Source: Candidatus Pacebacteria bacterium GW2011_GWA1_46_10 (lineage in GTDB: Bacteria; Patescibacteriota; Microgenomatia; UBA1400; PJMF01). Taken from it: 64,000 bases of DNA. The position numbers were made by a program, and so were the translations under genes. Positions 42,251 through 51,244 of the stretch are shown piece by piece. The stretch lies in assembly GCA_001002135.1 (NCBI GenBank), contig LCLP01000001.1:142108-206107 (forward strand). The letters are read 5' to 3'. Numbering within the stretch: the stretch's first letter is position 1; the number at the start of each line of letters is the position of its first letter. The notes under the pieces were generated by a model, which ran no database searches, was not told the DNA's origin, and was given only the letters and a program-made list of their open reading frames with translations.

Positions 42251-42577
42251 ATGGGTAAAGTACAAGATCACAAACGAGCAGCGAAGGTCAAGCGGCAGCG
42301 GGAAATACCACAAAAAGCAGAGCGTGTCGACCGCTTGGAGATTGCTGGTGAAGTTGAAGAAACTCTGCCTAACACCATGTTTCGAGTCAGAGTGACCGAA
42401 GCGGCAGTGGAACAGATGATTGGCAAAGTGCTACTCGGCACACTGGCCGGCAAGATGCGACTCTATCGCATTAGGGTAATGCCAGGGGACACAGTCAAAG
42501 GCTATGTCTCTAAGTACGATTTAACAAAATGTAAAATTACGTACCGTGTCAGCGCTGGCCCGGTGCAGACGTTTTAG
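42251..42577 (+). CDS. infA: Translation initiation factor IF-1 with N-terminal extension
   Basis: GEVEETLPNTMFRV, GKMR..RIRVMPGD.V; own TG-n-TATAAT promoter at 42223. Confidence 0.92.
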   Translation: MGKVQDHKRAAKVKRQREIPQKAERVDRLEIAGEVEETLPNTMFRVRVTEAAVEQMIGKVLLGTLAGKMRLYRIRVMPGDTVKGYVSKYDLTKCKITYRVSAGPVQTF

Positions 42578-42607
42578 ACGGTACAACAGTCTAAAGAGAA
42601 AAAGGAT

Positions 42608-42721
42608 ATGAAAGTCAAAGCTTCGCTCAGGAAGATGTGTAACCAGTGCAAGTTTGTCAGACGCAAGGGAAAGTTGTATGTGATTTGCGTCAATAAAAAG
42701 CACAAACAGCGTCAGGGGTAA
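42608..42721 (+). CDS. rpmJ: 50S protein L36 (zinc-binding form; absent from ORF track)
   Basis: [37 protein letters not shown]. Confidence 0.97.
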   Translation: MKVKASLRKMCNQCKFVRRKGKLYVICVNKKHKQRQG

Positions 42722-42733
42722 AAAGGAGAAAAT

Positions 42734-43153
42734 ATGCCGCGCATCGCGGGGATTGATATACCAGAAAACAAGAAAGTGCCGTTTGCCTTGCGGTCGATTT
42801 ATGGCGTTGGTCTGTCGCGAGCTCAGGAAGTGATGACTCAAGCCAATATTGATCCGGATAAGCGGGCTAAAGACTTAACTCCTGATGAGGTAAACAAGCT
42901 TCAGCGCCTGCTTGAACAGTTCCCGCTTGAAGGAGACTTGCGGCGGGTGGTCAGCGACAACATCAGTCGCTTAAAGAGAGTAAAGACATATCGTGGGATG
43001 CGTCACAGTGCTAAGTTACCGGCGCGCGGTCAGCGCACCCGAGTGAATTCTCGGACAGTGCGCGGCGGTGGCCGCAAGACTGTGGGCGCGGTGGCCAAAG
43101 AAGAGGCCACGGCCGCTGATGGAAGCAGTGGTGCGAGTGAGAGTGTAAAGTAA
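42734..43153 (+). CDS. rpsM: 30S protein S13
   Basis: RIAGIDIP, YRGMRH..LPARGQRTR. Confidence 0.98.
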   Translation: MPRIAGIDIPENKKVPFALRSIYGVGLSRAQEVMTQANIDPDKRAKDLTPDEVNKLQRLLEQFPLEGDLRRVVSDNISRLKRVKTYRGMRHSAKLPARGQRTRVNSRTVRGGGRKTVGAVAKEEATAADGSSGASESVK

Positions 43154-43187
43154 ACAGTATTGAATCAAGTGAAGTAAGAAAATACCT

Positions 43188-43583
43188 ATGGCTCAAACAA
43201 AAACCACTACCACCAAAGCTAGCCCTAAACGCGTGGTGCCCCGCGGCCGGCTGTATGTCAGCGCCACGTTTAATAACACTTTGGTCAGCATTACGGATGA
43301 TAAAGGGAGTCTGTTGTGTTGGGCTACCACAGGGGCGGCTGGTTTTTCCGGGTCAAGAAAATCAACGCCGTATGCTGCCACTATCACCGTGGAAAACGCT
43401 CTCAACAAAGCTAAGGCATACGGTATGAATGAAGTCGATATTTATCTCAAAGGGCCGGGGCCCGGCAGAGATGTAGCCTTGCGAGTGATTCGTGCGCAAG
43501 GCTTAAAAGTAGGCATGATCGCTGATACGACCCCCGATCCACACAACGGCACTCGGGTCCGTAAAGCAAAGCACAACAGATAA
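43188..43583 (+). CDS. rpsK: 30S protein S11
   Basis: TFNNT, GSRKSTPYAA, GPGPGR, PHNG. Confidence 0.97.
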   Translation: MAQTKTTTTKASPKRVVPRGRLYVSATFNNTLVSITDDKGSLLCWATTGAAGFSGSRKSTPYAATITVENALNKAKAYGMNEVDIYLKGPGPGRDVALRVIRAQGLKVGMIADTTPDPHNGTRVRKAKHNR

Positions 43584-43594
43584 ATTTGTATCAA

Positions 43595-43611
43595 CTATTA
43601 ACTCTTAACTT
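43595..43611. repeat. Left arm of 17-bp inverted repeat flanking rpsD
   Basis: CTATTAACTCTTAACTT = reverse complement of 44229-44245. Confidence 0.8.
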
Positions 43612-43620
43612 TAAACTTAT

Positions 43621-44226
43621 ATGGCAAGACACATTGGTCCAAAACAACGATTACAGCGACAGGTCGGTGAAGACTTGGGACTGAAAACCAACGCCTTGAA
43701 AACCGCTCGTCGGCTCAATACCAGACCGGGACAGCATGGCACCAGGCGTCGCAAGCTCTCCAACTATGGCATTCAGCTGAAGGAAAAACAGAAGGTCAAG
43801 TACTTGTACGGAGTGTTGGAGAAGCAGTTGCATCGCCTGTACAGCCAAGCGAGTAAAAACCCGCTGGCGACTGGAGCGGTACTGCTGGGTTTATTGGAGC
43901 GCCGTTTGGATAACGTAGTCTATCGCTTGGGTTGGGCGCCGACTCGCGCCGCTGCCCGTCAGCTGATAGTCCACGAGCACGTCTTGGTTAATGAGCGCAA
44001 AATGAATGTGCCATCGTATTCAGTCAAGGTCAACGATGTGATTACTTTGAAAGACAAGGCGGTCAAGATCCCGATGGTGGCAGAGCTTTTGAAAGAAGAA
44101 AATAAAACTTTACCAGGCTGGTTGGATCGCAAAGCGACGGTCGCTAAAGTGCAGCGTTTTCCGGAACGGGAAGATATCACAGAGGTGATTGACGAACAGC
44201 TCGTGGTCGAGTTTTATAGCCGATAA
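43621..44226 (+). CDS. rpsD: 30S protein S4
   Basis: PGQHG, QLKEKQK, LERRLDNVVYRLG, VEFYSR. Confidence 0.98.
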   Translation: MARHIGPKQRLQRQVGEDLGLKTNALKTARRLNTRPGQHGTRRRKLSNYGIQLKEKQKVKYLYGVLEKQLHRLYSQASKNPLATGAVLLGLLERRLDNVVYRLGWAPTRAAARQLIVHEHVLVNERKMNVPSYSVKVNDVITLKDKAVKIPMVAELLKEENKTLPGWLDRKATVAKVQRFPEREDITEVIDEQLVVEFYSR

Positions 44227-44228
44227 AG

Positions 44229-44321
44229 AAGTTAAGAGTTAATAGGAATTAGTTAATAGAAGGAAAATAATAACAAGCAGTAAATAGCCATCTATAAACT
44301 ATTCACTATAAACTATTAACT
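44229..44321. repeat. Right arm of the rpsD inverted repeat plus heptamer array
   Basis: AAGTTAAGAGTTAATAG ... CTATAAA-CTATTCA-CTATAAA-CTATTAA. Confidence 0.8.
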
Positions 44322-44402
44322 TCAGTAGTAGTAAAAACCTAGCCACGGATTCTCTGTCATTTAAGGAACTGAGAGAGGAGAAGAAACAAAGGAGAAAAAA
44401 AT

Positions 44403-45347
44403 ATGTCACTAGATCTTACGAAATATCCCTTTATGAGCCCAAACTTTACGGTTACAGAGGCGGAAGCGACCCCTTCGCAAGCTCGGTTAGTGATCGAGCC
44501 ATTGGAGCAGGGCTACGGTCATACGCTGGGCAACGGTTTGCGCCGGGTGTTACTGACCTCTTTGCCGGGAGCAGCCATCACTTCGGTGACGATTGATGGG
44601 GTTGACCATCAGTTCACCACGCTTGAGGGTTTAAGCGAAGACATCGTCGAACTCATTTTGAACCTTAAGCAGGTGAGAGTGAAAGCTGACCATGACGGGT
44701 CAGGTATTTTGCGTTTGACCGCTCAGGGTCCTGCGGAAGTGACTGCCGCTGATATCGAAGCCGAAGCTGGTTTTGAGGTGGTCAATCCTGACCAACCAAT
44801 TGCCACGTTGACCAAGGGTAAGAAACTCGAAATCGAGATGACGGTTGAGACCGGCACCGGTTACAAGATGGCTACTGAAATGGAGTCGGCCGTGATCGGT
44901 CAGATTCCGGTGGACGCTCTCTTTTCACCAGTCGAGAAAGTGTCGTACAAAGTGGAGGCCACGCGGGTTGGTCGACGGACTGATTTTGACCGGATCGTGA
45001 TGGATATCCAGACCGATGGGACGGTCACTCCAATTGAGGCGGTGCAACAAGCGGCTCGCATTTTGGCCAAACAATTCACTCAGGTTTTTGACCCGGTAGT
45101 GGTAGAGACGAAAGAGACCGAAGCTCAACTCTCACCGGAAGAGGCCGAAACTTTGCGTCTCACTGTGGAAGAGCTTGATTTGCCCACCAGAATTGCCAAC
45201 GCGTTGCGCAAAGGTGGGTACAAAACGGTCGGTGATCTGGTCGGTGTGTCCAAAGAGACTGTTTCTAAGGTCAAAAACCTTGGCGGCAAGAGCGTGGATC
45301 TGATTAATGAAGCGTTGCAGAAGAAAGGCGTGAGCTTGGAGGAGTAA
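44403..45347 (+). CDS. rpoA: RNA polymerase alpha subunit
   Basis: EPLEQGYGHTLGNGLRRVLL, DALFSPV, alphaCTD NLGGKS. Confidence 0.98.
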   Translation: MSLDLTKYPFMSPNFTVTEAEATPSQARLVIEPLEQGYGHTLGNGLRRVLLTSLPGAAITSVTIDGVDHQFTTLEGLSEDIVELILNLKQVRVKADHDGSGILRLTAQGPAEVTAADIEAEAGFEVVNPDQPIATLTKGKKLEIEMTVETGTGYKMATEMESAVIGQIPVDALFSPVEKVSYKVEATRVGRRTDFDRIVMDIQTDGTVTPIEAVQQAARILAKQFTQVFDPVVVETKETEAQLSPEEAETLRLTVEELDLPTRIANALRKGGYKTVGDLVGVSKETVSKVKNLGGKSVDLINEALQKKGVSLEE

Positions 45348-45348
45348 G

Positions 45349-45921
45349 ATGAGACACCGTGTGACCAGTCACCACTTCAATCGTGACACCAATCACCGCA
45401 AGCTCTTGCTTCGCAACTTGGTGCGAGCATTGGTGGAACACGGTGAGATCGTGACGACCGAGGTGAAAGCGAAAGAAACTCGTCGGTTGGCGGATCGGTT
45501 GATTCACCGTGCGCTGACTCACTCGGTTAGTGCGAGGCGACAACTCCACGTTTTCTTTGGTGCTCGGGATGTGGTTAATACCTTGGTGGAAAAGATCGCG
45601 CCAACCATGAAAAAGCGCGCCAGTGGGTTCACTACTTTGGTTCGGTTAGGTAAGCGCCGCGGTGACAATGTGGAAATGGTGAGATTGAGCTTGGTGGAAC
45701 AGCGTGAAGAGCGCCACACGCTCAAAAGTAAAGTTGAGCGACCCAAGCGTGCTCGAAAAACTACCAAAAAGAAAGTCAGTCAAAAACTGGCTGCGAAAAG
45801 AGCCTCACAAGCCAAACGATTGTCTGTCGCTGAGAAGCTGACCCAGAAGGAAACCGCTAAACCAAGAAGAGCTCTGCCAGTGGCCCAGCGCGTGCAGCGC
45901 ACGACTGCTAAGGGAAAGTAA
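45349..45921 (+). CDS. rplQ: 50S protein L17 with basic tail
   Basis: MRHR, I.TT..KAKE, R.GDN. Confidence 0.96.
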   Translation: MRHRVTSHHFNRDTNHRKLLLRNLVRALVEHGEIVTTEVKAKETRRLADRLIHRALTHSVSARRQLHVFFGARDVVNTLVEKIAPTMKKRASGFTTLVRLGKRRGDNVEMVRLSLVEQREERHTLKSKVERPKRARKTTKKKVSQKLAAKRASQAKRLSVAEKLTQKETAKPRRALPVAQRVQRTTAKGK

Positions 45922-45925
45922 ATGC

Positions 45926-46357
45926 ATGAATAAGCGACAAACGACTTTTATGCAGCGCAAGGAAGATGTCATCAGAAGATGGCATTTGATTGATGTGAAA
46001 GATCAAGTGTTGGGAAGAGTGGCCACTGAGATTGCAATCAAGCTGATCGGCAAAGACAAGCCGACCTATACCCCCCACATTGATGGGGGCGACTACGTGG
46101 TGGTGATCAATGCTAGTGACGTCAAGCTCACGCGCGGCAAAGAATTGAAAAAACTCTATCGCAGTCACAGTGGTTTTCCGGGTGGTTTGCATGAACGATC
46201 GTTCGCAGATATGCAGGCTAAACACCCGACAGAAATTATTCGTTTGGCAGTGGTGAATATGTTGCCCAATAACAAACTACGTGATCGCCGGATGACTCGA
46301 TTAAAGATCTATGCTGGTCCAGAACATGAACACCAGAGTCAATTAGGAGAAAAATAA
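45926..46357 (+). CDS. rplM: 50S protein L13
   Basis: LGRVA, KPTYTPH.DGGD, HSGFPGG. Confidence 0.98.
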   Translation: MNKRQTTFMQRKEDVIRRWHLIDVKDQVLGRVATEIAIKLIGKDKPTYTPHIDGGDYVVVINASDVKLTRGKELKKLYRSHSGFPGGLHERSFADMQAKHPTEIIRLAVVNMLPNNKLRDRRMTRLKIYAGPEHEHQSQLGEK

Positions 46358-46359
46358 TC

Positions 46360-46887
46360 ATGGCCAGAAAAATGAAGAAAAAGCAAAAAAATAAAGTCCA
46401 AGTGGTCAAAAAGGTGACCGCTGCACTGCCTTCAGTTCCTCGATCTGAAACTCCTGCTTCAACTGCTGGTGAAACCCAGTTTGCGGTGCCTAAAACAAGA
46501 TACACTGAGGGGATTGGCCGCCGTAAGGTGGCCACAGCTAGAGTCCGTCTCTATGAAGGTCAGGGTGATTTTGTGGTCAATGACACTTTAGTTGGCGAGT
46601 ATTTTCAGGGGGTGAGGAATGCGGCCGTGGTGTACAACAAGCCATTTGAATTGACTGGTACTAAGGGGAAGTTTGCGGTGACAGCCAAGATCATCGGTTC
46701 AGGTGTCTCTGCTCAACTGGATGCTTTGGTGCACGGTTTATCACAAGCCTTGGTAGCTCATAACCCTGAGTTTAAGATTTTCCTTAAAGGTGCTGGTTTG
46801 CTGACCCGCGATGATCGCATGAAGGAAACACGCAAAATCGGGATGGGTGGCAAAGCCCGCCGAAAGCGTCAATCTCCGAAACGATAA
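46360..46887 (+). CDS. rpsI: 30S protein S9
   Basis: GRRKVATARV, LLTRD.R.KE.RK..KAR..Q.PKR. Confidence 0.97.
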   Translation: MARKMKKKQKNKVQVVKKVTAALPSVPRSETPASTAGETQFAVPKTRYTEGIGRRKVATARVRLYEGQGDFVVNDTLVGEYFQGVRNAAVVYNKPFELTGTKGKFAVTAKIIGSGVSAQLDALVHGLSQALVAHNPEFKIFLKGAGLLTRDDRMKETRKIGMGGKARRKRQSPKR

Positions 46888-46888
46888 T

Positions 46889-47170
46889 TTACCAAACTTC
46901 TCTGCGAAGTGGTTTGCCGGCGCGGAAATTTACCACGCCATGACCTTTGACCAGCGTGCGCTGATCCTTGCGGCCGAAGGGCTCGACATGTTTGTCTTTC
47001 ACCCGGCCGACGTAAAAAGTGCCAAACCCGGAAACCACAACTTTCTCACCCTTTTTCTTGGTTAGCACACGGGTAATTTCTTCAAAAACCGTCTCTACTG
47101 CCTCCATGGCAGCTTTTTTGGTGAGATGAGATTTCTTGGCCACAATCGCAATCAGTTGTGATTTAGTCAT
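46889..47170 (-). CDS. hup: HU family DNA-binding protein
   Basis: MTKSQLI..A, GEKV.VSGFGTF, FRAGKPLR; AAGGAG RBS. Confidence 0.92.
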   Translation of the reverse strand: MTKSQLIAIVAKKSHLTKKAAMEAVETVFEEITRVLTKKKGEKVVVSGFGTFYVGRVKDKHVEPFGRKDQRTLVKGHGVVNFRAGKPLRREVW

Positions 47171-47258
47171 GCGCTCCTTTCTGGAAATGTAAACTTGTAC
47201 TGTCACCCACAGTCTAAGACATTGAGCTGGTCAGTCAAGGGTCATTTTGGCAAAGAAA

Positions 47259-47639
47259 TCAGATGTATCGGAATTTTCGCATTAAGACGAGACTGGCACC
47301 CAGGGTGTCGAAACCAATGTCTCTAAGAGTGCCATGGCGTCCGGGTGTAAAGGTTTGATGGGCTTCATCAAAGGTGGCATAGGCCAAGGTCAGTACTAAT
47401 GGCACAACCCAGCTTTTAAAGCCCTGTAAGTTGGTAGTTTCTCTGAAAGCTTGGAAAAGCAAAATATACAACACAGCGTAGACGAACATGTGAGCGGATT
47501 TTTTGAAGATAAAATCAAGTGTATTGAGGGTGAGACTGGGGAGAACGCTCTGAGCGGAGAGGATATAAATAAAACCGGCCCAGACCACAGTGGGGGCAAA
47601 GGCAAGGATACGGTCAAAAAATGCGTTGCTTTTTGGCAT
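47259..47639 (-). CDS. VanZ family membrane protein
   Basis: KSAHMFVYAVL, YATFDEAHQTFTPGR..D. Confidence 0.9.
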   Translation of the reverse strand: MPKSNAFFDRILAFAPTVVWAGFIYILSAQSVLPSLTLNTLDFIFKKSAHMFVYAVLYILLFQAFRETTNLQGFKSWVVPLVLTLAYATFDEAHQTFTPGRHGTLRDIGFDTLGASLVLMRKFRYI

Positions 47640-48750
47640 ACCAGTTAAGGCCTGGAATGAGCAGTAAGAAACCCCCTATTATAACACTCAGCGCGCCCCG
47701 CTCCAGGTGTGGCGGCTGACTGAAAACGAGGTTTTCACCGGAGGGAAGGGCTGGTTTTTCGTAGGAGAGCTTGGGCTTCAAGACAGAGGGTGGGTAGGTA
47801 AATGAGTGAGTTGAAACACCCAAGACACTTGGCTGGGTTGAGTTGGTCGCTTGGGTGTTTGTTGCCTCTGTTGGTTGGTCGGGCAAGGTATTAGAGAAAA
47901 TGTTAGGTGAGTTGGGGGTGATGATCGACGTTTCCTCCCACCGCTCACCGTTTTTTACCCAGGAAAACTGAGGTTGGCACTGGGTGTAGGAGAAACTGTC
48001 GATAACTAGGCTTTTGGGTGAAATGAGTGAGACTGTGTCACCGTCGTTATTTAAGACATTGCGCAGTTCAAAGACCGTGTAACCTGTCGGCTCCAAGGTT
48101 TAATCAGTGAAGCCCAGAATTTTGTTTTTGCTATCCCGCAGCGAAAAACCAAGCAGGGGGAGTACTGTGTCGTGTGGATTGTAAAGCTCGACCCACTCGG
48201 CTGAATCGTCCGGGCAGGCTGTGATCTCAGAGAGAGTCGGCGACAGGATGGTTGAGTTGGGAGTTGTTGCAGGAGTTGACGTGGGAGTGGGGGTAGGAAC
48301 GACATTAGCCTCGCCTTTGGTTGGCACCGTTTCGAAAAGCACAGCGTGATTACTCGGATCCCGAGCCCAGCTTTTACCCTTGGTCGAAGCGGTGTACCCC
48401 AAGGTATCAATCAGTTCATCTTGCGGGTTTTTCAAAAGCAGAGTGTCGCCAGTGTTATTGAGAGTGTTATGCAGATCAACTATCAGGAAACCAGCTGCTT
48501 CAAGTATGGTTGACTGATCGAATTGGATGGCAACGCCGGGTGATGATTCTAGGTCCCAAAGTTTCCAGTCGATCAGGTCAATCGATTGATTGGTGGTGTT
48601 GTATAACTCCACCCACTCGTCTTCACCAGTATTGGGGTTGGGATACACTTCGTTGATAATCACTTGTGCACTGACGTCTCGAGTGGACAGTACCCAGAAA
48701 ATCACGGTGATAATCAACAAAAAGGCACGGTGTGTCTGTAAGTTTTTCAT
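47614..48750 (-). pseudogene. Secreted double lamin-tail-domain protein interrupted by an in-frame TAA (48102-48100)
   Basis: IINEVYPNP..EWVELYN..LNNTGD, repeated as LSEI..EWVELYN..LNNDGD; both ORFs lie in one frame (GAT TAA ACC TTG GAG). Confidence 0.8.
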
Positions 48751-48814
48751 GTTTTGATCGTCTCATAAGTGACAGAACAATAAGCTGACAAAGAAAGGTC
48801 AGAAAGGAGGGATT

Positions 48815-49186
48815 ATGATGAGAATGCCTTCGGAGATGTTGGTTAATCTGGTCAACTTTATCGTTGGGTTAGTAGAGTTGTTTCTGGGATTGCGGATTGT
48901 TTTAAAGTTGTTTGGTGCCCGCACGGTGGCGCCGTTTGTGGACTGGGTCTATGACACCACCGAGCCGCTCTTATCACCCTTTGCCGGCATGTTCCCCAGT
49001 CCCACTATTGAGGGTGGTTTTATCGTCGAGTTCTCAGCGCTTTTTGCCTTGATGGTCTATGCTTTTGTGGGGTATCTCCTGGTGGATGTGCTGGACGCCA
49101 TGACTTATCGAAATGAACTGCGCGGGCGAGAGCGAGAGCGAGAAACTGGTCGCGGACGAGGTCGTGGTAATCGGCGAGATCGCTAA
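48815..49186 (+). CDS. YggT family membrane protein
   Basis: LRIVLKLFGA..FVDWVY..TEPLL.PF; AAGGAGG RBS. Confidence 0.85.
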   Translation: MMRMPSEMLVNLVNFIVGLVELFLGLRIVLKLFGARTVAPFVDWVYDTTEPLLSPFAGMFPSPTIEGGFIVEFSALFALMVYAFVGYLLVDVLDAMTYRNELRGRERERETGRGRGRGNRRDR

Positions 49187-50160
49187 TTTGCCAGCGTAGT
49201 TTGGCCAGTGCGTTCTAGCTGAATGGGAATTTCGGTGAAGATCATGGTTTTGTCTGGTTTGATCTCCACACTCACCAATAAACCCCGTTGCACAGCCGGC
49301 TCGAAGTATTGGTCAAACACAAAATTACCCAGCGAGTAGTAGATCATTTTGCCGCTGTATTCTTCAGACTGCTGGATCACGTGAGGATGACCGCCGATGA
49401 TCAGATCCGAGCCAGCGTCGATCAATTGGTGGGCCCAATTTTGCACAGTGACGTTGGCAGTCGATTGATACTCATTACCCCAATGCGGCATGACGATGAT
49501 CAAATCGGCCAGTGGCCGTGCGTACACTACATCTGCCAAGGCGGTTGGCAAGCCCCGATCAACAAATTGATTGTAGTTGACAAAAGCAAGTGTTAACTTG
49601 CCAAAGTTTTTCAGTAAGACTCGCTCACTTGACTGTGTTTCAGTGTTGGTGTTGCCGAAAAACTCCACTTGCCCATCGATCAGGAATTGTTTGGTTTGAG
49701 CTACACCATTGGCTCCGAAGTTGAGAATGTGATTGTTGCCCAGGTTGACGATAAAGCGATGTTGTTTAAGCAGTGGGACGATACTGGGATCGAAAGTGAA
49801 AATGAAGTTATTAGTCGAGCCGGGAACGGTATTGACACTGCGTGAAGGGTAACTGGTGACCGGTCCCTCCAAGTTGGCAATGACCGCATCATATTGACCG
49901 AAGGTTTCGGCCAGTGGTTCCAGCGGGAACTCAACGCTGTTGGTATTGATGAATTGGCGAATATGACGGTCAAACATCAGGTCGCCGCCAAACAACAGTT
50001 TGACCGATTGGGGTGGGGTGGGAGTGGGGGTATTTCTGATCAGCGAAAGTAAAGTGGGATTGGGAACTTCATTGGTTGTGGGTGGCAGACGCCATTTCCA
50101 CCAAGCTAGGCCCGCAAAGATCACGATCACCACCAACATCCAGCTTAAAAAGCGGAGCAT
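49183..50160 (-). CDS. CapA family metallophosphoesterase-fold protein
   Basis: GDLM, NLEG, NNH..FG, HWG.EY, GGHPHV, YSLGNFVFDQ. Confidence 0.92.
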   Translation of the reverse strand: MLRFLSWMLVVIVIFAGLAWWKWRLPPTTNEVPNPTLLSLIRNTPTPTPPQSVKLLFGGDLMFDRHIRQFINTNSVEFPLEPLAETFGQYDAVIANLEGPVTSYPSRSVNTVPGSTNNFIFTFDPSIVPLLKQHRFIVNLGNNHILNFGANGVAQTKQFLIDGQVEFFGNTNTETQSSERVLLKNFGKLTLAFVNYNQFVDRGLPTALADVVYARPLADLIIVMPHWGNEYQSTANVTVQNWAHQLIDAGSDLIIGGHPHVIQQSEEYSGKMIYYSLGNFVFDQYFEPAVQRGLLVSVEIKPDKTMIFTEIPIQLERTGQTTLAN

Positions 50161-50182
50161 GACTCTATTGTAGCAAGTGAGG

Positions 50183-51049
50183 TTAGATTGATCGCACAGC
50201 GTTGGCGATCAGCAAGAAAAGTCCAGTCCAGCCGATGACGCTGAAAATGGTGATGACATTGAGTTTCAAAGTGGCGCCGGCGGCAACCGCTTTTAGCTGT
50301 TTGTACAGTGCCACCGAATACATCAGACTAAAGGCACTAAAACTCAGGCTGAGTGCCAAACTAATCAGCAACGAGAGTGGTTGTTGTGTTCTATTTAAAC
50401 TCGCCCTGATAACCTCAATTCCCACCGCTAGTGCCATCAGCACGACCAGTCTCCCAACCACTGGCCAGAAATGCTGTTTGACCATACCGGCGCTATTTCT
50501 CAGGGCCTGCATTGGTGAGGCGTTATGCAAAACAATTTCAAATAAGGCAAAGTTAAACAAAATAGCAAAGACAATGCCTGGCACGACTAGCGGAAAAAGG
50601 CCGCCAAAAACCATAAATGCCATCACCAAACCGGCCACCAACACGGGAATAAACTGCTGCCAACCACGCCGCAAAGCTTCGCCAATGCCGATTTTTTTCT
50701 TGCCGGCGGCCAGCGCGATGTCAGCGGCTTGAAAGAAGGGACCCAAAATCAAGGAAATAAGTAAGAGGATTAAAATGGCGGTGATGATTGCTGATCCAAA
50801 GCTGGCGAGGAAAGCGGTCATAAAATCATTGTTGTTGGCGGCAGTGGTAATGGCAGTGAACTTGGTTGGACTGGTAAACAAACTTCCCAACGATCCACCC
50901 AGACTCAGGGCGATGGCGCCAATCACAATCAAGGTGATGATTGTCCATTGGACAAGCCACAAAAGAAGCAATAACCAAAAACGTTCTTTGGTTAGTTTCC
51001 ACGCGTCGGTCAAAAGTTGACTCAGATCAGGTAATTGAGCTTGTGCCAT
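50183..51049 (-). CDS. Multi-pass membrane protein
   Basis: Six to seven hydrophobic segments; ALRNS..VK.HFW.V.GR motif. Confidence 0.7.
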   Translation of the reverse strand: MAQAQLPDLSQLLTDAWKLTKERFWLLLLLWLVQWTIITLIVIGAIALSLGGSLGSLFTSPTKFTAITTAANNNDFMTAFLASFGSAIITAILILLLISLILGPFFQAADIALAAGKKKIGIGEALRRGWQQFIPVLVAGLVMAFMVFGGLFPLVVPGIVFAILFNFALFEIVLHNASPMQALRNSAGMVKQHFWPVVGRLVVLMALAVGIEVIRASLNRTQQPLSLLISLALSLSFSAFSLMYSVALYKQLKAVAAGATLKLNVITIFSVIGWTGLFLLIANAVRSI

Positions 51050-51202
51050 GGGTATAAACGGTCTCTACTGTTTTCAGCATACACTACTGATGTAAAAAAT
51101 TAAACCAAGGGTAGCGTTTTGTTTATTTTTGTTTTACACTCTGCTGCAGTGACCAAAGGTTGCCGCCAACAACCTGCCCCAAAGAGTATCAACCAACTAT
51201 GT

Positions 51203-51229
51203 AAGTCCTTCTGTTAAGAAGGATTTTTT
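51203..51229 (+). terminator. Terminator-like hairpin in the upp leader
   Basis: AAGTCCTTCT-GTTA-AGAAGGATTTTTT, 15 nt before the upp ATG. Confidence 0.55.
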
Positions 51230-51244
51230 GTAAAGAAAGGCAGT

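Noticed and set aside
47614-47760. LPSG..TM..KKQR tail as a sortase signal
   Set aside because: Not LPxTG, and too far from the TM segment to call.
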